Source: an uncultured virus (IMG/VR IMGVR_UViG_3300010344_001225) (lineage: Duplodnaviria; Heunggongvirae; Uroviricota; Caudoviricetes). Taken from it: 20,000 nt of DNA. Below the pieces are notes generated by a model. It was not told where the DNA came from. It saw only the letters and a program-made list of their open reading frames with translations, and did not search any database. Below, piece by piece: positions 1-6,841 of this stretch. The DNA lies in IMG/VR virus record IMGVR_UViG_3300010344_001225; one strand, written 5' to 3'. A program made the position numbers and the translations under genes. The first letter of the stretch is position 1, and the number at the start of each line of letters is the position of its first letter.

Positions 1-154
1 GTACCATGCCAAGCTCTGTCACCAAGCGGCAGGCAGACTGTGCAAGTTTTATATTGTTCTGTTTCTCCTCTTCTGCTCTTTCTGGTTCTCTGCTAACCGG
101 ACGAAAGGGTGAGCAGACAAACACCTTCGTCATCGGTTCATTGGGTAGTTTCAT
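1..154 (-). CDS. Partial (runs off window) DUF4406/DUF7768-like, nucleoside 2-deoxyribosyltransferase-fold phage/ICE protein
   Basis: Not in the ORF track; translated by hand. GGAGG (167-163), then ATG at 154: MKLPNEPMTKVFVCSPFRPVSREPERAEEEKQNNIKLAQSACRLVTELGMV. The VFVCSPFR...NIxxAxxxCR pattern resembles this family from memory. Confidence 0.7.
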   Translation of the reverse strand, partial: MKLPNEPMTKVFVCSPFRPVSREPERAEEEKQNNIKLAQSACRLVTELGMV

Positions 155-157
155 CTT

Positions 158-373
158 CTATGCCTCCTGTACGCATTTTTCATTACTGCAGTTTTGATCA
201 AGGTCCACGATCTGAACCTCTGCTACGTCACAGCCGGGAACAAGAATCGTGACTTTCTCTGACTGTCCGAACAGCCAGTTCATGATCCACTTTTTGATTT
301 TCTTTTCCCGGCAGGAGACAATGCCTCCGCTGTCCATCTTCTGGGAGACTTTGATTCTCAGTGCATTTCTCAT
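158..373 (-). CDS. Small hypothetical protein (71 aa) of the kind found downstream of sigma-70 region-4 genes in Firmicutes mobile elements
   Basis: Strong RBS AAAGGAGGT upstream of the ATG. Motif LxIxVS...GGIVSCR...LFG...KVTILVPG. Stop is 3 nt before the next start. Confidence 0.75.
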   Translation of the reverse strand: MRNALRIKVSQKMDSGGIVSCREKKIKKWIMNWLFGQSEKVTILVPGCDVAEVQIVDLDQNCSNEKCVQEA

Positions 374-452
374 GGGGTGACCTCCTTTCCAAGATTCGAA
401 GGAACATGTCCCTCTATTACCTTTGCGAAAAGGAGGCGTTTTGTGGGGTACC

Positions 453-992
453 TCATTGAAATTTTTCTGATATTTTTTTCAGAGCCTTTTGCACACCGTT
501 TAAGGAATCGCGTACCGTAGAAAAGTCAACGCCCTCTTCTTTTGCAATCTCCCTTAAAGTTTTGTGTGCAATATAGTGTGCAATCACACGTCTTTTCTGA
601 ATTTCAGTAATTGAAGAAAACAACTCCGCAAGAATAGCTTCCGCTTCCGTCTGGCATTCCTTTCCCTGCAAAATCTTTTCCGGATTGAAGGTGTCATCCG
701 GAACAAGATCTAAGCGATCAACTTCTTCCTCACCCTCAAAACCTTCATCCGCTTTTACTGTCTGCTTCTTGTCCTGCAGATACCAATACCGCCGGTCGCT
801 GTTATAGTGGTCAGCGTTCATTTCATCCATGATCTGCTGTGCAGTACGAGGGGTAACCTCGTTGCCTTTTTCCTGCCGTCTCTGCGCATAATCGATCTGC
901 ACCCAACGGTCAGCTTCGCTTTCGTCAATTTCGATTCTCTGGTAGGTTGCCTTACCGTCTTTGTCCAGTCCGTCATACAAATAAAGTTTCAT
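453..992 (-). CDS. Sigma-70 region-4 (ECF-like/Tn916 Orf7-like) transcriptional activator, 179 aa
   Basis: C-terminal LFSSITEIQKRRVIAHYIAHKTLREIAKEEGVDFSTVRDSL is a sigma region-4 HTH. Start reassigned to ATG 992 (MKLYLY) behind GAAAGGG. Confidence 0.85.
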   Translation of the reverse strand: MKLYLYDGLDKDGKATYQRIEIDESEADRWVQIDYAQRRQEKGNEVTPRTAQQIMDEMNADHYNSDRRYWYLQDKKQTVKADEGFEGEEEVDRLDLVPDDTFNPEKILQGKECQTEAEAILAELFSSITEIQKRRVIAHYIAHKTLREIAKEEGVDFSTVRDSLNGVQKALKKISEKFQ

Positions 993-1029
993 AATTCTGC
1001 CCTTTCTGCCGGACACAGTGGACAGAGGA

Positions 1030-1080
1030 AAACAAAAACGGGCTCCGATGAAGCTGTTATCAGCGACACCTGGAGCCCGT
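1030..1080 (-). terminator. Intrinsic terminator/attenuator hairpin in the leader of the sigma-like gene
   Basis: Minus strand ACGGGCTCC-A-GGTG-TC-GCTG-ATAA-CAGC-TT-CATC-GGAGCCCGT followed by TTTTGTTTT, about 40 nt before the ATG. Confidence 0.7.
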
Positions 1081-1207
1081 CCATCCATTCAAAGACGCAC
1101 AAGACCAAGGGTATCTGATACGCTTCTTTTCGCAGCGGCAAATACCGCAACTTTTCTCGTATTTGATATCCTCTGTCCGTATGCATCCGGACCTTTGATA
1201 TTTATTT

Positions 1208-1236
1208 TTTATAACTTATTTTCCCTATGGGAACAA
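1208..1236 (-). promoter_or_regulatory. Possible sigma-A promoter for the sigma-gene leader
   Basis: TTGTTC (1236-1231), 17 nt spacer, TATAAA (1213-1208) in an AT-rich patch. The -35 is weak. Confidence 0.35.
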
Positions 1237-1309
1237 AAAAGCCGAAGCAGATGGTCACATACAAACACAGAAATAACTGTCCTCATATGCAACTCATCCA
1301 CTTCGGCTT
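1235..1309 (-). terminator. Long (31 bp) RNA hairpin with 3' U-tract; terminator or structured RNA element
   Basis: Arms 1309-1277 and 1270-1239 form 31 pairs (7 G.U) with 1 bulge, 1 G-G mismatch and a 6-nt loop, ending in U6 (the first two U are paired). Confidence 0.7.
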
Positions 1310-1384
1310 CACTCTGGACGGTTTCCAAGCCGTCCGGTTTGCTCAAAAGTGTTTCGTGCGGAAAATGTTCTCGACAATCTATGG

Positions 1385-1687
1385 TTACTCGATACGATTC
1401 GGCTCTGCAGCCTGCACAAAACTGTCATCGGGGGAATCGCTCCGTATAACATTTGTGGCCATATCGCATGATTGCCTGAGTTTGACTACATTCGGGTTCC
1501 GCTTTTTACTCCCTTTCAATCGCTGCTGAGATTTCAGGGAAGGATTCAGTGCCTGCAATTGCAGGTCTGTAAACTTGAGTGCACAGTTTTTACTTTCCAG
1601 TATCACCTCGCCTTGTTCGTTTTCCCGTCTCATACAGAAGAGCTTTCCGTCCTCTGAATAAATTGGATAATCCGTTCTTAATTTCAT
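1385..1687 (-). CDS. Hypothetical protein, about 100 aa
   Basis: Strong RBS GAGGAGGTG (1705-1697) before ATG 1687 (MKLRTDYPIY). No family recognised. Confidence 0.7.
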   Translation of the reverse strand: MKLRTDYPIYSEDGKLFCMRRENEQGEVILESKNCALKFTDLQLQALNPSLKSQQRLKGSKKRNPNVVKLRQSCDMATNVIRSDSPDDSFVQAAEPNRIE

Positions 1688-1716
1688 GTGAAAGCTCACC
1701 TCCTCAAAGTTCGCTT

Positions 1717-1737
1717 TGTTAGCAATTGTTGTTTACA
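1717..1737. promoter_or_regulatory. Putative XRE operator, copy 2 (TGTTAGC-N7-GTTTACA)
   Basis: Imperfect palindrome, 16/21 identical to the box at 3305-3325, just upstream of the RBS of the 100-aa ORF. Confidence 0.55.
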
Positions 1738-1746
1738 CTAAGGGCC

Positions 1747-1780
1747 AAAAAATCGGGGTCGAGAGGTTACCTCAACCCCG
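1747..1780 (-). terminator. Intrinsic terminator after the ImmA/IrrE gene
   Basis: Minus strand CGGGGTTGAG...CTCGACCCCG, then ATTTTTT, 8 nt after the stop codon. Confidence 0.75.
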
Positions 1781-1788
1781 TAATTCGA

Positions 1789-2565
1789 TTAATAATACAT
1801 TGCGAAAGAAGCCCGATACAAATCCCGGTCGACAAACAGTCCAAGCTGCGTCATACGAATCTGTGCAGCCTGTTTTGATACGCAGAATTGTTCAGCAACA
1901 TCTTCTACAACCTGATACACCTTATTCTTCCGGTCTTCTCCTTCTACGAGAAAACCACGACAGATGCCTACATGACGTATTACACTGCTGGCATATTCTT
2001 TGAAAGTGCTCCTCGGCATCAGGATGGCAGCGGCAAAATGGTCAGCCTGCCACTCTTCCCAGTCGCTGTCGGTCTTTTCCCTGTTATATTTACTGCGTTC
2101 AATGCTTTCAGTTCTGCAGGCAATATAACTGTTGGCTTTTGCCGTGCGCAACTCAAACTGCTGATTGTCCGGGGAATGATACGGTCTGTGACAAACCCAG
2201 TGTCCGGTTTCATGCGCCTTGGTAAAGCGTTCTCTCGGCAAATTGTCTCTGCCGATCAGACTGTAATCAATCACAATCGTTCCGGCGGGAATATGACACG
2301 TGCTTGGTCTGTACATCATATCCAGCATCGGAATTGTCGCATCGTCAAATGCAATCAGACCGAGAATTGATCCATCATAGCAGATGTGCTGATGTTGAAT
2401 ATCCAGGTAGAAACACTCCTGCGCCAGATGATCAATGTCAACTGCCCTCGGATATTCAAGGGCATACGGCATGTGTTCTTTCAGAATTGCCGTTGCAATA
2501 TCGTCAAAGTCTCCGCTTTTCAGAATGTACATACCGTTTGACTTCATGGGGTAATTCAGTTTCAA
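1789..2565 (-). CDS. ImmA/IrrE family metallo-endopeptidase (DUF955)
   Basis: RERFTKAHETGHW (HExxH) and EEWQADHFAAAILMP, with a C-terminal VAEQFCVSKQAAQIRM HTH. Likely TTG start at 2565 behind GGAGG. Confidence 0.92.
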   Translation of the reverse strand: MKLNYPMKSNGMYILKSGDFDDIATAILKEHMPYALEYPRAVDIDHLAQECFYLDIQHQHICYDGSILGLIAFDDATIPMLDMMYRPSTCHIPAGTIVIDYSLIGRDNLPRERFTKAHETGHWVCHRPYHSPDNQQFELRTAKANSYIACRTESIERSKYNREKTDSDWEEWQADHFAAAILMPRSTFKEYASSVIRHVGICRGFLVEGEDRKNKVYQVVEDVAEQFCVSKQAAQIRMTQLGLFVDRDLYRASFAMYY

Positions 2566-2705
2566 TGCTCTCATCCTCCAATCTTGTATCCCAGCAGATA
2601 AAGACACCAATAGCACTGTTGCCTGCTCTCTCTGCCATGCGTGACTTATAAATTCCGGCTTTGTAGGGCGGTGTAACAGTGCTACATCGTCAGGCGATAA
2701 ACGCC

Positions 2706-3128
2706 TTATTTATCTGATACAGAAGATTCGTCAGACTGGGAATCAATTGATTCGATGAATGCTTCCCACTGCGCATCCGATATATCATTGTCTCTTGCTT
2801 TGCGAAGCGCCACCCTCGCAAGCGAACTTTTGCCTAAATACGGGCCGATGTCCTCGTACTTAAATCCCTTTGATGCTGATGCCAGATCCTCGAATTCTGT
2901 AATCATGTCTTCCGGCACCCCGAGTGCTTTTCGGATCAATTCAAAACATTTTGTCGGTGCGGCTCTGTTGCCTTTCTCTATATCACTCAGATATGCTGGG
3001 GTGATATCCAACTCGGCGGCAAAGCCACGTATGGTTTTCCCCAGTTCCTCCCGGCGTTGTTTTACGAACTGTCCGAAAGTTCTCTCGTCAAATTCTTTGT
3101 TGTTTTCTATAAACTCTCTTAAATTCAT
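2706..3128 (-). CDS. XRE/Cro-CI family HTH transcriptional regulator
   Basis: FGQFVKQRREELGKTIRGFAAELDITPAYLSDIEKGNRAAP is a canonical HTH_XRE. RBS GAAAGG upstream. Adjacent to the ImmA gene. Confidence 0.93.
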   Translation of the reverse strand: MNLREFIENNKEFDERTFGQFVKQRREELGKTIRGFAAELDITPAYLSDIEKGNRAAPTKCFELIRKALGVPEDMITEFEDLASASKGFKYEDIGPYLGKSSLARVALRKARDNDISDAQWEAFIESIDSQSDESSVSDK

Positions 3129-3304
3129 GATATCCGATACCTTTCTTTGCAGCTTTGGCCTATGGCATCGTCCTACGATGCAGCTACGGACAATGATTCT
3201 TACCGAACCATAGAAATCGCCTTTACTTCCGACGCAGGCAGCGCTTGGATATCAGCAGCATGTTTCTGGTCGAAAGCACACAGCCATAATTGCAGCAATC
3301 GCTG

Positions 3305-3325
3305 TGTTCGCTTTTCTTGTTAACA
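3305..3325. promoter_or_regulatory. Putative XRE operator, copy 1 (TGTTCGC-N7-GTTAACA) over the predicted +1
   Basis: Imperfect palindrome abutting the -10 hexamer of the xre promoter; matches 1717-1737. Confidence 0.6.
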
Positions 3326-3353
3326 TTATAGCAAAGAAAAATCCACTCGTCAA
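3325..3353 (-). promoter_or_regulatory. Near-consensus sigma-A promoter for xre-immA
   Basis: TTGACG (3353-3348), 17 nt spacer, TATAAT (3330-3325), with an extended -10 TG. Confidence 0.8.
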
Positions 3354-3403
3354 TGCCTTTCTCAAAAAATTCAAAAACATTTCACAAGTGGACAGATTAT
3401 TCT

Positions 3404-4189
3404 CTATTCGCCTGTTTGATTGCTATAAAACTCATCGAGGTATTTCGCCTGATGGATGGTAATGCCGATATTCGGATAGGCTGCCTTCAGGGCTTCAATA
3501 TCCTTTTCAAGCGCAGCGGAACCGAGGTTCCAATACGTCACGGTTTCTTCCAACCCCTTCTCCCTCGCAGGATCAGATATTTCAAGAGCAACCTGACAGA
3601 CCTTATTGAACTTTCGGCACAGCTCAACTTCTGTCCGAACATTTTCTACAGCCGTGCTGCAATAATAATCCATGACAATCAGTTCATCACAATTCTGGAT
3701 GATTGTCTGCAGTGTTTCTTCCCCATAGACGGTATCTACCCAATAAGGAATACACAGGCACAGCCTGATTCCGAGAGAAGTTGCTTGGCTGTATGCTTGT
3801 GTAACCAAGTCCAAATATTGTGGCGTGTCCACTGCACCGTTAGAATTGTACCATTCGGCATCTATAGCCAATGTCCTGACCGATGATTTACCGACCGCCT
3901 CTACACAATCAAGTGCTTCTTTCGCTGTCCAGTTACTATCGCCGTCAATGTAGGCAATATGAATCCCGGCATCTTCAAACGCATCGACCGAGCCGAGATT
4001 TTTTCGATCAAACTGCACAAAGACCCGGTCGTATGGTTCAGCCATTTCTGTATTGATATGATCCCAAGACCATGCAATAAGGTCGTTGCTCGGACCGGCT
4101 ACAGGTTCATATGCTTTTTTGATTTTGGTTTTTCCGCATCCGGTCATCAGAAATCCCAATGCTAAAAGAAATATCGTCAATCTTTTCAT
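3404..4189 (-). CDS. Lipoprotein with a putative glycoside-hydrolase-like TIM-barrel domain
   Basis: Signal peptide II MKRLTIFLLALGFLMTG|C. Motifs LAIDAEWY (DxE), DELIVMDY, VALE and ITIH resemble GH18-like barrels. ATGA overlap with the upstream gene. Confidence 0.6.
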   Translation of the reverse strand: MKRLTIFLLALGFLMTGCGKTKIKKAYEPVAGPSNDLIAWSWDHINTEMAEPYDRVFVQFDRKNLGSVDAFEDAGIHIAYIDGDSNWTAKEALDCVEAVGKSSVRTLAIDAEWYNSNGAVDTPQYLDLVTQAYSQATSLGIRLCLCIPYWVDTVYGEETLQTIIQNCDELIVMDYYCSTAVENVRTEVELCRKFNKVCQVALEISDPAREKGLEETVTYWNLGSAALEKDIEALKAAYPNIGITIHQAKYLDEFYSNQTGE

Positions 4190-4929
4190 TCATTCTCATC
4201 TTTCATTTCTATGATTACAAGTTCCATGGGATTGAATAGTCTCGGCACGCTTGCTGGATTCGATAGCCCCGCAGATACAATCATTTTTCCGTACTGTCCT
4301 CTGCTATATTTCGGAAATAATCCTTGCCCCGGTGCAAATATCCCTCGACCGAAAAAACGCCATTGTCCACCGTGGGTATGGCCGCTAAAGACATAATCCA
4401 CATAATCTTTGATTAAATCGTAGTATTCAGGGTGGTGGCACAAAAGCAGGCTTTTGAATCCTTCCGGTTTTTTCCGCATCCACTCAATATCCGGTAGCGG
4501 TGCTTTTTCAGTTGCTCCTTCCAGACCATAATGTTTTGCCGAAGTCAAGCCACCGATCCACACATCTCCAAACCTCATCCACTTGTCTTCAAGAAGAACT
4601 GCTCCGGTAGCTTTTACCCGTTCACGATATTCATTATTACATCCATGTTCATGATTTCCTCGTGAATAATACACGGGCGAAATCTGAACAGCGGTTTCCA
4701 AAAACTCAAGTGCTCTTTTCTGCTCTTGTAATCGCCGCTCATGTTTTACCGAATCAACCACTCTACCTTCGGGTTCGTCTATGGTACATAAGTCACCCGG
4801 TATGGCGATCAAGTCAGGCTGTTCTGCTTTCAATGCCGTAATCAATTCCTCTGTAGGTTCTCCATGAAGATCTGCCACAACAGCGATCTTTAATGTTGGG
4901 CCTTTTATTTTGTATCTCGTTACCTTCAA
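4186..4929 (-). CDS. Calcineurin-like metallophosphoesterase (YkuE/YaeI-like)
   Basis: All five MPP motifs present: ADLH, PGDL, GNHE, CHHP, SGHTHGGQ. TTG start with RBS GAGGTG. Confidence 0.92.
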   Translation of the reverse strand: MKVTRYKIKGPTLKIAVVADLHGEPTEELITALKAEQPDLIAIPGDLCTIDEPEGRVVDSVKHERRLQEQKRALEFLETAVQISPVYYSRGNHEHGCNNEYRERVKATGAVLLEDKWMRFGDVWIGGLTSAKHYGLEGATEKAPLPDIEWMRKKPEGFKSLLLCHHPEYYDLIKDYVDYVFSGHTHGGQWRFFGRGIFAPGQGLFPKYSRGQYGKMIVSAGLSNPASVPRLFNPMELVIIEMKDENE

Positions 4930-5016
4930 GAAAAATCACCTCGCTTTTTCGGATTCGTAGTAAGTGATCTTACCATAAAAGTGCGGGATAGTGTTGTCTG
5001 AAATGATAAATTTCTT

Positions 5017-5961
5017 CTACGATTTCTTCCCCGTCAACTTTTTCAACATTGCTATTGCAGCTTCACATTCCCAGTCATTTTCAACTGTTTTTGCCAATGT
5101 TCCAAGGCAATAAAGCCATTTTGCATCTACATTCCAGTATGCTCCGTAATTCTCGCTGTCATTATTTGCATTCTCTTTTTCCAAAGCATAAAGTTTATGA
5201 TCGCAAAAACGGGTTAATGCAGCAAAGTCTTCTGCGGTACTTCCGCTCAAAGCATCAAAACCCAGAGCCATTTCCGGGGTTACTTCCCGCATGGCTTCGA
5301 GCGACGGATCGGTGAGCAGATAAGCAATATACATACCGAGCGTATAGTAATCTATCGTTCCATTCGATAAAAACGACTGACCGAATAGTGAAAAAGCAGT
5401 ATCCTGTACAATAAATCTATGCCGATAAAGGTATGAGCCAGAAGCCACCCCGTCCTGTGTTTCCTTTTGTGAAATATACTCTTCGTAAACACGATTAGCG
5501 ATAGCCTCGGCGATGCATTCCGACCAGATCATTGCCCCCAGTTTTACAGTTTTGATTTCTTCGCTGTCGATTTTTATCGCATCAGAAACTTTTGCATAAT
5601 CCGGACTTGAAATCGCAGATATGGCATGTCCGGCTTCGTGGAACAGCACCCTTGCAAACTCGTTTTCGTCTTTGATCTTTCTGTAAAACATCAGAATCAG
5701 AAAGTTCGTTTTGTCTGATGAGGAAATTGTCTCACCTTTTGTTGTCCTTGTATGCTCAAAAGGCTCTAGTCCAAGTTCTGCAAAGCAAGCCGTTCTTTTT
5801 TCACCGGAATCTGCTAAAAGACGAATATGCTCCGGCGTGATTCTGTATTCATTCGCATTGGCTGGAATACCGTCGGCACTGATTTCAAATTGGTGGTAAA
5901 TATAGTTATTGAAGAAATCCAATAACTCCAGCACAATTTCTTGTAGTTCTACTTTCTTCAT
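5017..5961 (-). CDS. Hypothetical zincin-like metalloprotein (HExxH)
   Basis: VLFHEAGHAI followed about 35 aa later by WSECIAEAIA (third-ligand Glu helix). ATGA overlap with the upstream gene. Confidence 0.6.
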   Translation of the reverse strand: MKKVELQEIVLELLDFFNNYIYHQFEISADGIPANANEYRITPEHIRLLADSGEKRTACFAELGLEPFEHTRTTKGETISSSDKTNFLILMFYRKIKDENEFARVLFHEAGHAISAISSPDYAKVSDAIKIDSEEIKTVKLGAMIWSECIAEAIANRVYEEYISQKETQDGVASGSYLYRHRFIVQDTAFSLFGQSFLSNGTIDYYTLGMYIAYLLTDPSLEAMREVTPEMALGFDALSGSTAEDFAALTRFCDHKLYALEKENANNDSENYGAYWNVDAKWLYCLGTLAKTVENDWECEAAIAMLKKLTGKKS

Positions 5962-6710
5962 AGTCCGTCTCCATTTTCTTGTTTTCCCGTTACCCTTCCC
6001 ATTTTTTCTTTAATCTTTTCGCTGACCTCTATCAAGCCAAAACGATAAAAAATCGGGAATAAATAACTGATTCCACGGCTGTCCGATAAATCCTTCGGTC
6101 GTTCATATACCTTGCCATCCTCTATCTGTTCAAAAGCCAACAGCACCGAACTCCACACCAGGCTCTTCCCTTCGGTTCTGTCGATCCACAGCTCTTTGGT
6201 GTAGGCTCCATTTCTGCCTTTTTTGATTTCATACCTGAATCTCAATCCAGTAGCTGTGCGGAATTCATAATTCCGAAAAAGCAGTATTGCTTCCCACAAA
6301 GATGCTTCATCAGAATGCTCTTGGAGCTTCTGCATCGCCGCCTTCCGCTTCCTATACAGATCGCACCACTCAGCATTGGAGCTGATGTCTTCTTCTTTGT
6401 ATGGAATTTTTTTATATGGCAAATACGAATTGATGGATGCGCGGGACAAACCGGTCGTCCTGATAATCTCATCGATATTTCGTCCTGCTGCCTGCAGTTT
6501 CAGAATATCCTCTGTTTGTTGATACTTAATTCTCCCCGCTGTAATAAGGAGCTTTTTTACTTTGAGCGGTGCAAGATCTAGTTCATCTGCTGTGGCTTTG
6601 ATTTCCTTTGTTTCATCAAAAACTTCACACACAGTAGATAGTATTCTGTTCAACACTTCTTGCGGATTATAATTTGGTTTATTGAGCGGTCGCCCTCTTT
6701 TCGCTGTCAA
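5958..6710 (-). CDS. Hypothetical DNA-binding protein (two N-terminal HTH-like segments plus an uncharacterised C-terminal domain)
   Basis: KRGRP N-terminus; IKATADELDLAPLKVKKLLITAG and NIDEIIRTTGLSRASINSYLPY HTH-like motifs. TTG start with RBS AAGGTG. Confidence 0.65.
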   Translation of the reverse strand: MTAKRGRPLNKPNYNPQEVLNRILSTVCEVFDETKEIKATADELDLAPLKVKKLLITAGRIKYQQTEDILKLQAAGRNIDEIIRTTGLSRASINSYLPYKKIPYKEEDISSNAEWCDLYRKRKAAMQKLQEHSDEASLWEAILLFRNYEFRTATGLRFRYEIKKGRNGAYTKELWIDRTEGKSLVWSSVLLAFEQIEDGKVYERPKDLSDSRGISYLFPIFYRFGLIEVSEKIKEKMGRVTGKQENGDGL

Positions 6711-6784
6711 TCTATTTCACCTTCTGCTATACAACAACAATTGCTCTTCTTTTATTTTGCCGTCAATCTACTTCCTTGACTCTG

Positions 6785-6820
6785 AAAAAATCTCCTCACA
6801 TTTTGAGCGAGAGGAGATTT
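6785..6820 (-). terminator. Intrinsic terminator ending the polysaccharide operon
   Basis: AAATCTCCTC-N13-GAGGAGATTT then TTT on the minus strand, about 20 nt after the fnlB stop. Confidence 0.8.
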
Positions 6821-6841
6821 AATCCTCAATTCGTAAAGGCC

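Larger units (their letters stand above)
1..3353 (-). mobile_element. Regulatory head of a phage-/ICE-like element continuing beyond position 1
   Basis: Gene order xre, immA, small ORF, sigma-70 region-4, small ORF, DUF4406-like. No integrase or att site in the window, so boundaries are unknown. Confidence 0.5.

Noticed and set aside
993..1088. 32-aa N-terminal extension of the sigma ORF
   Set aside because: It runs through the terminator hairpin and has no RBS; ATG 992 has one.
6725..6770. TTGACG as the -35 of a promoter for the HTH gene
   Set aside because: No acceptable -10 hexamer at 16-18 nt spacing.
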